This document shows, piece by piece, positions 11,850 to 26,043 of a stretch of 64,000 nt of DNA. Origin of the DNA: Octopus vulgaris (lineage: Eukaryota); NCBI GenBank assembly GCA_951406725.2, contig OX597823.1:72540001-72604000 (forward strand). Direction: 5' to 3'. The translations under genes were made by a program, and so were the position numbers. The notes under the pieces are model-generated. The model was not told where the DNA came from and did not search any database. It saw nothing but the letters and a program-made list of their open reading frames with translations. Numbering within the stretch: the first letter of the stretch is position 1; the number at the start of each line of letters is the position of its first letter.

Positions 11850-13950
11850 AGACAAACACTAGGAAAATATAACATAATGAAATAGGTTGCTGAAGTCAAT
11901 GATAACCTCAAAGAACAGATCCTTACTAAATAGCAAAAATCTGTCAGTATTAATGCCGAGAAGGTTTCTCAAATCAAAACAAATATAAATTTCGAGTGAT
12001 TATATCAAGAACTTGGTAAACAATATGGAAAATAGTGCAGATCGAACATTAAGAAAAGCAGTTTTCATTTGATAGGGAAGTAATGGCGGTGAAGGATTTA
12101 CCAGTAAGACATTTCCTGAAAATAACATTTGCCGAAGAATCGTAGGGAATGGGTTAAAATGGCAGAACTAACTTACAAATTACAAATTACAAATAACGAG
12201 AAGGTACTGGACAAGATAAATTTTAAAACTGCAAGTTTCAAACATCTAATTCTGCTAATTATGTAGAAATGATTATCTCCCTTACGTCACAAGAAAACAG
12301 TTAGTTAAAATATTTTGGAGGAACGTGAAATGAAAATTTGATGAGATCAAATAACACCTGAGTGTCAAACTTGGTGGTGATTCTTCATAATTCCTTCAAC
12401 AAAAAAAAACCACAAACTCTGAGAACTAGAGAGTCATATCTTCCATTCCTACAATCTACAACTCATTAACTGCAATGATGCAGCAAAGACCTGTTGTTCT
12501 GTTTTCAGAAGACCGGAAAGAATATAAAGGCTTTTGTGGCTATAAGGAACACATAAACAAAGAGTAAAGAATGCATAATAAAGTTTTGAACTGGTCATAG
12601 ACTGAATACCCGAAGGCTTTTGATAGTATTTCCCATCCGTTGATCCTGGAGTTATTATCCATGAGTAAGGTGGATCCAGTGAAAGAAGAAAAAATGTAAG
12701 AAGAAATATCGTGAATATTGCAATTTTGCTGATACAAACTAGGGAATTGAAAATAACAGGAACCGATCACCATTGAATGAAAACCATTCCAAAGGATTGC
12801 CCTTTCCGATCTCTTCTTTTAATCCCGATTCGTATAACTATTATGTCAAACAGGATGAGACACGTACAGAAATGTGACAGTAAGACATCAACCATGTTTT
12901 GTATATAGCTGACCTCAAGACGTATGATGCAAATAATAACCACCTAGAAATACTTCTGCAGACAAAGATTCGAAATAGAAATATGTGCTAAGGCAAATTG
13001 GATGGAGAGATTTAATGAAGAGCCATAATAACATGCTAAAAATAGAAAGTAAAATAAGGGAACATCAAAAGCATGTCTACAACTATTTTAAATCCGATAA
13101 CCTAAGCAGTGAAAGTGTACAAAATATACTTTTGAAAAATTATTATAATGGCTTACGTTTAATACTAGAATGTAAGTTGAATCAAAAATATCACGAAACG
13201 AAAAGAAAAAAATAAGCCTCACATATGTAGCTGCTCCGATAATAACTCATAATAGCCCCAATTGGACGTTAAGCTAATTTGCAAGACTTGACCACAAGAA
13301 AAACAGAAAATACGTTCTGTATACTGAACGCATAAATCCAATTTAGAATAATTATACTTACTAGGATTATTGGCTTGTAATGACCTTTTGCAATTAAAAA
13401 AGAACTAAATATCATTATAGTATAACGCAAATATCTAGAAAAGTGTCAGAGAATATTATTCCCCGTAGCTACGAAATGGAAATAAAAGGAATAAAGAGTG
13501 TTCACTTTCTAAGAAGTCATACAAAATACTGTATTCACAGCTGAGAAAGAAAAGAAACAACAGAAATTCAGAAAAGCCTCTGATCTATACTGAATTCAGG
13601 GCTGTAGAGAAACATGGCGAACCTCCGGGAAGCCAAGCATCAGCGAGATCAAAGTCTATAAAAGCAACACTGAAGCATTTTCCATTGCGGTACCAGATAA
13701 ATGCATTTCCTTTCAGAAAACTCTAACAGCATTTAATGAAGCAGAGTACAGTAAATAAATTTATTCCCTCTCTTCAAATGCTGCTAGAGTTGCGACTTCC
13801 AGTTGAAGATATGCCAGCATTAACAAATCCTCCACAAAACTGATAGCACCACAGAAGGTCTCAGAGAATCAAAAATCGATGATACTATTAGCTATGTCAA
13901 TACACAGTTACAGAGATCAAGAATAATCGATCACATATTGTCATCAAGTA
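11850..13950 (+). mobile_element. Decayed R4/Dong-clade LINE reverse-transcriptase region
   Basis: TEYPKAFDSISHPLILE at 12601-12651 (cf. IDYKKAYDSVPHSWI) and LYIADLKTY at 12899 (cf. LYMDDLKLY). Boundaries are approximate. Confidence 0.6.
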
Positions 13951-14197
13951 GAGCAGGATATGAAATATCTTTTCATCGCGATAGGACAAAGTAAAATGAA
14001 TACCATATACCGCGAGTGTTTCAAAAGCCGAAGAAAATGAAAGCGCTCCACAAAATCTCTTTTCCATCCGGTTTACGTTGATATGCTCTTATAAAACAAA
14101 ATTAATATCATGAATAATTATTGAATTTATGAAAATCTTTTATCAAACATTGTTACTGAATCAAAAAATTTACTCGCTCTCTCTGTCAGCCAGTTAT

Positions 14198-14540
<343 letters not shown>

Positions 14541-15004
14541 ATATATCAGTTTATCTATCTATGTGTGTATGTGTGTTTCTGCGGCTGCATATCAACGATA
14601 GGACTTATTCATTGTAGAATACACTGTATATGCTATCACAAATGAGATCTCAACAAGCTACAAAACTGGCACATGCCACACACATACACACATATGTGCC
14701 TACGATTACATACATGCACTCACAAGTGTATCTGGGGTATTTAGATACGTTATCCAGTAGGACGCTATATGCAATTTTCTGCAGGTCGAGGGCGTAGAGG
14801 TCGCTGACTATTCAGCTTTCAGAAAAATTGCTTTGCTCTTTTTCGTCTACAACTTCCTCACCCTGTCTTGCAGTTGTTATCTCATCACCCTGGGTAGTTA
14901 GTGTAAGAAATTAGACAGGTTATTACATCTGTAATCTCGTCCTTCAAAGGAGATGTGATGGGAAATGATTGCACGGAAGTCTTTTGTTTCGCATGTGTAA
15001 ATAT

Positions 15005-15401
15005 TCTTTACTACGATAGGCACAAGGCCCAAAATTTTAGGAGAGGGGGTCTGTCCATTAGATCGACCCAATACACAACTGGTACTTAGTTTATCTTCCC
15101 CGAAAAGATGAAAGGCAAAGTGGACCTAAGCTGAATTTGAACTCAGAACGTAAAGACAGACGAAGTTCCTATTTCTTTACTGCCCACAAGGGGCTACACA
15201 CAGAGGGGACCAACAAGGACAGACAAACGGAGTAAGTCGATTATTTCGACCCCAGTGTGTAACTGGTACTTATTTAATCGACCCTGAAAGGATGAAAGGC
15301 AAAGTTGACCTAGGCGGAATTTGAACTCCGAACGTAACGGCAGACGAAAGACCGCTAATTATTTCACCCGGCGTGCTAACGTTTCTACCAGCTCGCCGCC
15401 T
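15005..15401 (-). mobile_element. tRNA-derived SINE family 1, dimeric form, with target-site duplication
   Basis: Head GGCGGCGAGCTGG.AGAAACGTTAGCA, B-box GAGTTCAAATTCC, and core GCCTTTCATCCTTTC-GGGTCGAT occurring twice. TSD cgcatg(t/c)gtaaatat at 14990-15004 and 15403-15417. Confidence 0.9.
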
Positions 15402-15814
15402 GCGCATGCGTAAATATCGAAGCAATCGTTATTATATATAAGACGGATCAGCATATAAGTCATATATAAACCAATTGCTGTATGCTAGCTGAGAAATATA
15501 TATATACACATACCTGCTAGGAATTTAGGTTTAAGTTATATAGTTCGTTGATTGGATCAAGTTTATACATTGTTTAAAACATTACTGACATAACAACTAA
15601 GTGATAAGCAGCAGTAAACGCATAGTATCACACTATAAGTTGGTTATTCACACATAAAGCCATAATATCAACGGACTATAATAACAAAACAAAAATATAT
15701 CATCAAAGATCTGCATTCTCAGCAACGCTGTGGGGCAATGCATATCTTGTAACAAAATAAGCTGTGAACATTATTATATAAAGAATACACCAAGGAGAAT
15801 AGTATCAATATCGG

Positions 15815-16000
15815 GTTCAAATTATGGCAGCAATTTGGAGACGGGGCTTAAATCGATTACATCGACCCAAATGTTCAACTGATATTCATTTTATTGACTC
15901 CGATGGGACGAAAGGCACAGTTGACCTCGACAGACGGACGAAACAACGCTAAGCATTGTGCCCTTGCGTGGTTAGAATTCCACGATCTCGCCTCCTTAGA
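15815..16000 (-). mobile_element. Degenerate SINE family 1 monomer
   Basis: Diverged match to the core (gattacatcgaccc...aactg...gaaaggc...gacctcg). Confidence 0.65.
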
Positions 16001-16945
16001 GAATCGCATTGTTATGACCAATCTTACTATCATCTTAAGATTGTGGGGATAGTAATAGTACTGTAATATTAACTTTGCAATGAAGAGGAGAAATGAATTC
16101 AGTATAATTTTACTAGATTTAATAGGCATATATTAAATGGAAAATCAATAATAAACAAATATTCAAGGCATCGAAGAAATTAGAATCAAATCAATAACAA
16201 TGAATCGGATAGTGTTATCTTGTGACTATGATAGCAGCGTCAGCAGCAAAGTCGACGTTGGATCAGTACTCCGAGCTAGGTCATAGTTGAGCTTCATAGA
16301 AGGTTAGTAGTTGTTAGAATCTCTGAAGCGGGAGTTTAGACATTGAGATCAGTATTTGCTATGTTGAACAATTTGCGTTGCCAAGCGTTATGATCAGTGT
16401 TTGTGATGCAGGTATATAAAGTGATCATCAGTTTTGTAATATTGTGCTGATCTCGTTTAGTGCAAGTGGATGAGATGGAATAAATTTGATTTGGTACGAG
16501 CTATGATTGTACTGACTGCCGTCGAGGAAAACGAGTTTTGCATTAATACCTTCAGGAATAATTTGCAGTTCAACACAGAGACAAACATACAAGCACATAG
16601 ATTTGCATACACGCACAAAACAAACATGCACTCACGCGCACACAGGAAATCACAGTGTATAATTCAATAGGTAATCGCAAAGTTAGAACGCAGCAGAGCT
16701 TTTGAAATAGAGACATCAAGTCTCTTTGCTATAAGCAATGGAGCTCTAATACACACACACACACACACACATACGTATACACGAAACATTTATATATACA
16801 TATCTGTAACATATACATATACACATATGCATATATGCACATATATATACACATACATAAGTATACATATACGTATAGATGCATAGCTATAAATGCTATG
16901 AATGTAAAAGTTTGTATGTATGTATATATATATATATATATATAC

Positions 16946-17008
<63 letters not shown>

Positions 17009-17955
17009 CCACTAATATAAATGTCTGAATATGTACATGTGTGTGCGCGCACGTCTGTGTGTGTGTAAGCATAACTAGACAAAGCATAGCTACAGAGACA
17101 TGTAAACTTTTCTCAATACATAGATGTAATATATCTAAATTGAAAATGCATATATACTCAATAATGTGATATATATATATATTACGAATATACATACCAT
17201 TTGACACATAGCAGTATACTGACGAGATCATTGAATGATTGTCGAGAAGAGTTACGAATTGCACATGTTAGCAACTGTATACGTCACAGTTGCTAACACT
17301 GTGTTAGGCTGCAATTCATGCAAAGTAGCGCTTCCTAAATAACACCATTTAAATGCCTTACTCGAAGAGGTCTCGGTATTCACTAAGTTAAACTAAATTG
17401 CTTAAACACCTGTTTATACATTTCGTATTTGCTTAATAATATTCAGCAACAAGGAAGACAAAGGAAATATATTTCCATTGCAAAAATAAACGTAAGATAA
17501 ATGATACAGTCATTGTTATTTCAAATTTTACATGAAGCAGCATTTAATGAGATTCCTTTTCACAAAACAAGATCTCTAACTATAGAATTAGGCCGGCGTC
17601 GTCATAAGGACTTCAAATTTGACTCAATTGATTTAATAGACTGAAGCCACGAGTAAAATAGCCTGCTATTAATAAAACTTTCCTTAAAATAACATTTATT
17701 TTTAATAGCGGAAACGTTTTCAGGCATTAAATGACTTATTAAATACAAAGCTGACAAAATCTGTAAAATCGATACTGAAGCATAAATAATGAATTTAAAT
17801 GCAGTGTTACTTTATCTAATATTGTACTCTTTAGGTGTTAAAACTGAAACTGTTATAATTTGTTTATATACGTCAAACTAATTGTGGGGCTAAATACATG
17901 TGTGGCGCGCACTAAATTTTCCTGTAACAACAACAACAACAGCAACAACAATAAC

Positions 17956-17987
<32 letters not shown>

Positions 17988-17994
17988 TCCAAAT

Positions 17995-18115
17995 GAGGAG
18001 GATAGTCGATCACATTGACCCCAGTACTTGACTGGCACTTAATTTATCGACCTCGAAAGAATGAGAGGCAAAGTCGACCTCGGCGAAATTTGAAATCAGA
18101 ACGTAATGGCGGACG
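17995..18115 (-). mobile_element. Truncated SINE family 1
   Basis: Core and B-box match to the other copies; abuts the LINE at 18118. Confidence 0.75.
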
Positions 18116-18117
18116 GG

Positions 18118-19930
18118 TGCAGAAAACCTGTCGAAAAGGAGCGGGGGGAACTATAGATCAGCTATTAATTTACAAGTTAATCATCAGAAACTACAAAAGA
18201 AGGCACACGAATTTGAGCATGGCGTAGATTGATCGTCGTCAAATATATGATGCGATACCAACTTCTTTGATAACAAGATCTATGGGAAAGCATGGAATAG
18301 GAAAAAACGCGAAAAGCTTTAAAAGGAACAATATGAAATGGTGAAGATCTCAATTGGTGGCAGGGTATCAGGTGTTATAAGAAATAAAAATTAGGTGATG
18401 AATCTTCCAGGGTGGCTACATACCCCTTGATTTTTCTTCTTGGAATGATTTCATCGTGTAAGTTACTGCGTAAGATAAAGTTGGGGTATGATCTGGGAAG
18501 TTGTAAAGTATCTATAGATGATATGAGGTTGTTCACCAGAGAGTGACAGAATTAGATTGTCTACTTCAACTTGGACAAATTTTCTCAAACGATATCAAGA
18601 TGGAGTTTGTACTTTCAACATATGCTGTGATGGTGATTAGACGAGGAAATCATGTCAGGACAAAACGTATATATATGTCAAATGGTTAGCTGATGAAAGC
18701 AACTGAACCTTAGACTGAATATAAATATCTAGGAATACGTGAGGAAGATGGAATTAAGCATGATGATATGAAAGAAAAGACAAAGAAACAGCATCTGCGG
18801 CGGTTTAGAAAAATACTGGATTCAAAGTCGAATGCTGCAAACATAATTTCGGTAATAAACTCGATCACAGTTGCAATGGTTCGGTATCGCACTGGAATAC
18901 TAAAGTGGACAGATGAGGGGCTAAAGGAGTTGGAATATATATATATATATATTGGATTAGTGATTATATGGTGTGCCTATATTGTAAAGACGTACAAGAA
19001 AGCTCCTAACATTGTATGGGATACGTGCAAACATGAAGAGAGCATATGGAGGAAGAGGTCTGATATGTGTGCAAGATGGCTTGCATATTCTATGCGGAAC
19101 GTGCTGAGATATGTAACCCAAAGTGAGGAATCCTTGCTAGTAGTGTTAGAGATGAGGGCATAATGAAACCAAGAATAAAGAAAAGAAGTAGAAGGACGTG
19201 GGGAAGCACTACTCAACAAGGGAGTACGTAGCCAATTCTATGTAGCTATAGAAAATGGATAAGGCTAGTTAAAGAAATGAGTATTTAAAAACGAGACTAA
19301 GAGCATTATACTTACAGCGCAAGGCTGAGCTTTGGTCGCAAATTTGAGGGTCAACCTTAGAAATGAGCAAAGGTCTATGTTGTGTCGACTTTGTAATGAA
19401 TTTGACGAAGCCATTACGCATATTGTAAATGAATAACCTCGACTTTCCCAAACCCAAAAGGAGTAGCGAAATGATGAGGTAGAAAGTGACGCATTAGAAA
19501 CTGTGAGAAGAGGGGCAGGTCATGTAACGAACACAAACTATAGAGAATGGCTGAATCGGATTCTTGCAAAATCCTGAGGGATTTCCCAATTAAAACGGAT
19601 GAGGTAACTGAGCAAAACAAGCCGAGCATAGTAATGGTGGACAGGGCGCACCACATGAGTTCTATAATTGATGTTGCGTACCCATTTGACTCAAGAATAT
19701 TTAAGATGTATGAGAAAATAGATGTATACAATTCTCTTAAATACTAGATAGCTTAACTGTGGAAAAATATGTGAACATAGTGCCAAATTTTGTTGTGGCT
19801 TTATGGTCAGTATCAGAATGTATTCAGGGAATATAAATGAACTGTAAATAGAGTACTCCGTAGAACTGTTTCACAAAAGTTTGCTTCCTTGGCACAGTCA
19901 AAATAATCAGGTAAGTAATTGTGAAAGAGA
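18118..19930 (+). mobile_element. 5'-truncated, decayed R4/Dong-clade LINE (RT + CCHC + restriction-like endonuclease)
   Basis: In canonical R4/Dong order with stops and frameshifts: [17 protein letters not shown]...[42 protein letters not shown] (zinc knuckle) and KILRDFPIKTD...KPSIV...IIDVAYPFD...EKIDVY (REL endonuclease). Confidence 0.85.
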
Positions 19931-20076
19931 ATAAATAGTAGTCAGCAGGTAAAAAGATTGCTACTCATGCAAGTCTCCAGTTGTTCCGACAAACCCCTGG
20001 GTTATATGTGTGTGAATGTGTGTGCGTGCGTGTATGAGTGTGTGCATGTGTGTGTGAATGTGTGTGCGTGCGTGTG

Positions 20077-20108
<32 letters not shown>

Positions 20109-21281
20109 GATACATAATCTATTAGTTACAAATTTAGAAAAAAGGATCACTTATACACACACAGTCAAATAATAATACACTCTCTATCATACACTTGTGT
20201 GGAGTACGTTTGTCTCTTCGTTTGTATGTCTTTGAAGAAAGACATATATACACAGAGAAGTATATATAAACATATACATAAATACATGGATATATTTATA
20301 CGCACCCTCATATATCTTAAGAAAAATTTCAATAATATCTGAGGAAATACATTGAGAAAGTAGTTTAGTTGTCACCTGATGTTCATATGGGCGGTTTGCT
20401 GACAAATTCCGGAAGGTACAAGCAAATTGTTACGGTAACAATCAGCGAAAATTATCAATTTCTCAGGTATATCATTGGAACATAGCACAAAATCCCCTTT
20501 ACTCGCTACATTAAACTAAACAACTCAATCTTATGCATATTCTATAATACAATACATCCGCTATATGTCCTTAAATGTCTTCTCCCCAAATTTTGCAAAC
20601 AAATCTTGCTTCTCTTATGTCGAAGCATCTTTCAACAGAGTAGCAATTATATTTATATGAGAATTCAATGACATCTATCGGTTAAACAAAATAGCATTAA
20701 TAACAAACATGATTAGATAATACGCATAAAAACTTCGTTAAAATTATTACAAATCTACCATTTTCAATAACAGTAACTTCTCCGATTATCAAAATATTCT
20801 TCAATTTCCTAAGGACAATTTCGACGGACAAACGCAGAAACATATTAATGTATATTTAAAACCACGTATCTGAGGAGTCTTATACCGAAAGAAGTATGTA
20901 CTTATCTGACGGGCCTTTGGAAATAATATTGAGAGAGCAGATCAATATTAGTTTCACTTTGTACAAATATACTTAATACTATACGTTCTTATATTATAGC
21001 TGAAAGAAACACTAGAACAATTCAAATTGAAATTCTGATTAAAACTAGGGACAGAAATAAAATGCTTTACGGAAACAGGTGATATACTTTCCACACATTT
21101 AACATCTCTTGACACGAGTCCTTTTTAACGCTAAGTATATCTTAAAACAACTTCAAGTTTTACATTATTCAATTTCAACCTATTAGAATAGTGTTAGTCT
21201 TCTTATTGCTATGTTATACTATCGTAGTCGCTCTTTACTTTCCCAATAATATTTGAAATATTATTCACGACACACGATATA

Positions 21282-21470
21282 TACGAGAGGGTGCTGAAAA
21301 GTTCTTGGCTTTGGATAAAAGAAAATAGAGTAAGATCATTTATGATTATATTCAATACACCCTCCCTCTCACATTCACACACTTATTGCAGTTGTTCTAA
21401 GCCATGTAAAAGAACTAAGAAGTTTGGGCCCCTAACCAAACCTCTCCCGATCACCTTAAAGATAAGTATT
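21282..21470. mobile_element. Mariner-type terminal remnant
   Basis: Begins TA-CGAGAGGGTGCTGAAAAGTTC after (TA)n, resembling a mariner TIR. No partner TIR was found. Confidence 0.4.
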
Positions 21471-21697
21471 TTTCAGCCCCGACCCTCTTGTTTCAATCAT
21501 TCTTCTGTTGCCATGCTGGAGCAAGGAGTTCTGTATTCGTTCGATTGTATAACAAGCACATATATATATTAGTTCTTTCAAACATAAATAAAATTCAAAT
21601 ATATCCAGGACAGCCTACTCATTGCCGAAGGAGTTGATTATATTAAACCGGCTTCCACGAGATGTAACACATGACAATAGTGTGGGGCAAGAGAATA

Positions 21698-21930
21698 AGG
21701 CGGCGAGGTGGCAGAAACATTAGCACACCGAGCGAAATGCTTAGGTGCATTTCGTCTGTCGTTGCTTTCTGAGTTCAAATTCGGCCGAGTTCGATGTTGC
21801 CTTTCATCCTTTCGCGGTTGATAAATTAAGTACTAGTTACGCACTGGGGTCCATGTAATCGACTTAATCCCTTTGTCTGTCCTATTTTGTCCCCTCTGAA
21901 TTTAGCCCCTTGTGGGCAATTAAGAAATAA
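21698..21930 (+). mobile_element. SINE family 1 monomer (tail type B), plus strand
   Basis: Full head-core-tail, ending ...GCCCCTTGTGGGCAATTAAGAAATAA. Confidence 0.9.
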
Positions 21931-22438
21931 GTGTGTGAGGCACCGAGCAAAATAAAAGCAAACTTTGTCCCTTGTAAAGGCAGAATAGTTATTTGAGAGC
22001 CAACGGCAGCAAAGTCCTCGGCATAAGTTGAGCGCCACAAGGATTACAAAGTTTCATGTTAAAATTAAATAGAAGATACACCACTGTCTAATTTTATAAC
22101 GGAGGGTCGAATAACGGCTAGTCGGTTCATCCCATCCCCAAGAAAAGTGAAGATACCGCTGCAACAGAAACGCCATCAAAACAATGTGACTTTTACCCTG
22201 TATATTTTATTGTTTTTCTTATCCAACAAATGTTGAAATATAAATGTAAATCTTTCCTCGGTAAGATCTAAGTAAGTTTTGTTTCTTCTTTCTATAAACT
22301 TTCAGTTTGGTTGCATATAATATTTGATACTTTTCATTTAATTCTCATAATGATGTTCGGTAAATCACTTCTCCCCACCACTAATAAATATAAGCACACG
22401 CATCTACTCACTCATACACAGACACACACACGTATATG

Positions 22439-22519
<81 letters not shown>

Positions 22520-23662
22520 GATATATATGTGTGTGAGTGTGTATGCGCGTGTGTGTGTGTTTGTGTCTACGCCTGCATATATATCCTCTGTCATGATCCC
22601 AGAAGATGCGGTTTCGATTCTCTCGGGCAGTCCTCGGCTGTTTTCTATCTAGAGGAATTTTATACCGAAATTTTGTTTGCAATTATTTACGTCTTTATCT
22701 ACTTCGATTTATATTGTTCAGAATATTTATTGCATACACGCACACATATACATACACACACATTTATACATATATACATACACACACATACATGCATCCA
22801 TCAAGCCTATATGGATATATATGCATGAGAATGTATGTGTGTGTGTGTGAGTGTGTGTAAGACAGTATTATTTCATTTTAAACCTAAATGATATTTCGTT
22901 ATATTTCGATATCAGATTTTAGCCTCACCGAGTTTTATTTATTATTAAAAATTATACCCAAAACTCAGTTATGTAGTGTAACATCTACAAAAAAAACATC
23001 CTTCCTCGAACAATGCAGATGTCTACCTAGGATATACAAGAAAAAACACTCCTATAATCTAAACTGTGTAAAACAGTCGAAATACACACAAGTACATACA
23101 TGCATGTATAATGTTTAAGAAGCAGAGATAAAGAAACAGGGCGAGAAAGAGAAAGACAAAAAAAAATATGCGTTCATGTGTTCGCATCATGACTTAACGA
23201 CGTGACTAACCTCAATGTTTCATTTTGTTTATTCTAATATTTTGGTGTTCCCTTTCTATTCCAATCGATATTGATTCTAGGTGCATCAACCTTTTAAAAC
23301 TTTTGTATTTTTATTTTGTGATGGAAATGGTTATTGGTGAGGATTTTTATTGCCATTTTATAACAGACGAGTGTCATCGGTAGGATGCTGTTCGAATAAC
23401 TGATGTTGCTATCTTTAGAATTGAATACTTTTCGTCGATAAACTAAAGGGTGTTTTCATTTACCATGACCTTGGCTTAGGCTATCTCTGTAGTTCACTTC
23501 AGAGTTATTGTTTAAGTTGTGTTTTAGTATAGGTGTAAATTTTCGTCCATAACAATTGTTATTATCAAGAAAATTGCTATACCAGCCTCGTCTTCTGTTA
23601 AAGTGGCTCAACAACATCAACAACAAAAACAAAAAAAACAACAACAGCAATGTTTATAATAA

Positions 23663-24470
23663 ATTTTTCTACTAAAGGCACAAGGCCTAAAACTTGTGGG
23701 AGGAAGATACTCGATTATATCAACTAAAATTCAACTGGTACTTATTTTTTCCACCCCGAAAGGATGAAAGGCAAAGTCGACCTCGGTGGAATTAGAACTA
23801 GAGACCGTCGACATACTGCTAAGCATTTCGTCATATCGTGCTGACGATTTTGCCAGATCGCCGCCTATAAAAAAAATAATAACATTGTTCATTACTCTAG
23901 GCGCAAGGCCCGAAATTTTGGGGGAGGGAGCCAGTCGATTACATCGACACCAGTACGCAACTGGTACTTAATTTATTGACTCCGAAAGGATAGAAAGTAA
24001 AGTCGACCTCGGCGGGATTTGAACTCAGAACGTAAAGGCAGACAAAATACCTATTTCTTGACTACCCACTAGCGGCTAAACACAGAGGGAACAAACAAGG
24101 AGAGACAACCGGATTAAGTCGATTATATCAACCGCAATGCGTAACTGGTACTTATTTAATTGACCCCGAAAGGATGAAAGGTAAAGTCAACCTCGGCGGA
24201 ATTTGAACTCAGGACGTAGCGGCAGACAAAATACTGGTAAGCATTTTTTCCAGCTTGCTAACGTTTCTGCCAGATCAACACCAATGAAAATCAAATAATA
24301 TTGCAAAGCATATTGTCCAACATTCTATCGATTATTTCAGTTATTCGTTTCTGATTTCTACACAAAGCCAGAGGTTGCAACAATATTGACTCCAGTATTT
24401 GACTGGTACTTTATTTTATCGAATCCGAAAGGATGAAAGGCAAAGTTAGCCACGCCAGAATTTGAACTGA
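23663..24470 (-). mobile_element. Cluster of SINE family 1 copies: monomer (23663-23867), dimer (23887-24282), truncated copy (24350-24470)
   Basis: Repeated core aactggtactta...ccgaaaggatgaaaggcaaagtcgacctcgg...gaatttgaact. Confidence 0.9.
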
Positions 24471-24702
24471 AATTTTGAAAAGAATAGGTGAGGTAGGCGT
24501 AGAAGAAGGTCTCAACGACAAGAAATAAAAAGAAGCGATCACATGCTTTCGCCTATTTTGATAACAGGAGAAGGTTTTCTTCTACTAGAGGCTGTTATGA
24601 TAGACTAAAAAATGAGCGGATAGGAGTAGGATATCTTTAAAGTAGATCTATTAAAGATAGAGTAAAATTTATGTTGACGTGAGTTGGAGTTTTGTATATT
24701 CG

Positions 24703-24917
24703 ATTCTTTTCTACTCTAGACACAAGGCCCAAAATTTTGGAGGAAAAGGCCAGTCGATTAGATCGACCAGTGTACGCAACTGGTACTTAACTTATGGACT
24801 CTGAAAGGATGAATAGCAAAGTCAACCTCGGTGGAATTTGAATTCAGAACGTAAAGACAGACGAAATACTGCTAAGCATTTCCCGACGTGCTAACGTTTC
24901 TCCCAGCTCGCCGCCTT
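24703..24917 (-). mobile_element. SINE family 1 monomer (tail type A)
   Basis: Full-length match to the other copies. Confidence 0.9.
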
Positions 24918-24929
24918 TAGGATTCTATT

Positions 24930-25830
24930 ATATTATTAAAAAATGATTTAGCAAAATTGTTATCATTTAGTGAAAAGGGAGGTACATACCATAGAAGAGA
25001 GCGTCCGTTGCTTTTTTTTGTTCGTTAGGGGTAGTATAATCTATATTTTTAGAAATTAATGTGGGGATATATGGTCCGCTATTGTTTGCTTGTTTAGCTT
25101 TTTACCTCGTGTTATATATGTGCGTGTGTCCCCCGTACCATTTACTTTACTTATCTCCCCACCTCAGTGCTTTTCAAACATATGACTCCACCTCACACTC
25201 CTCACACATATTCCTTCCTTACATTCTTAAATCTTCCTTCTATCCTTCCCCTTATTTCTTTTATCCTGATAGCTCTCCTCTCTCATCTCCTCGCATTATC
25301 TTGACCATATCTAGCACTTTTTTATTTTTTACTTTTCTTCTTAATTCATTTCTTTCTTCTTTCCTCCCCTATTCCTTTTGACTAATACCATTCTCCTCCT
25401 AACATACATATCTGTACTCTTCTCTTCATCTACTTACCCCTACCTGTGCATTCTCAAAATGTCATTCACATCGCAAGACCCCTTTCAATAAACAACACAT
25501 GGAATTTATGTCCCCACACTATCTACTTGTAATGACAAAATATGAACTCCTATTTGAATCTACATACCATGGAGAAGGAACATTTCTACCTATTCTACAC
25601 TGTATTTTCCTTGTATAATGGAAATGCAATTGCAACTTCCAACATATATTATTACGTTTATTTTTATTCTCTTATTTCCCTTTATACTTCCTATATCCAT
25701 CCTTTTCCAAAATAACTCCTTATATTGAACTCTTCTATTTCCCTCTAGTTAACTCTCTAATATCGTCTCTGGGGAAGGGATATCCCTAATATACCACAAA
25801 CAGCTGTAAGACTACCTTTTCTATCTATAG
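24930..25830. mobile_element. Decayed Penelope-like element fragments with terminal hammerhead relic
   Basis: The minus strand near 24950-25050 reads WYVPPFSLNDNNFAKSF (cf. PLE WFNPPFS...IGK.FL). A pyrimidine-rich spacer follows, then a hammerhead relic at 25765-25812 on the plus strand. Confidence 0.45.
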
Positions 25831-25967
25831 ATGTCCTATAAATTCCACACTGCCTTGGTTTTGTTGTCTCATTTCATTTAACACACATATGCACACACAC
25901 ACATACACATACATACATACATGCATGCATACATACATACATACATACATACACACACACACATACA

Positions 25968-26043
<76 letters not shown>

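Noticed and set aside
17212-17262. CTGACGA followed by a hairpin, a possible hammerhead
   Set aside because: The GAAA box reads GAGA and no stem I or stem III pairing can be formed.
22596-22682. CCAGAAGA...CCGAAA, a possible hammerhead relic
   Set aside because: The core is mutated and the stems are not convincingly paired.
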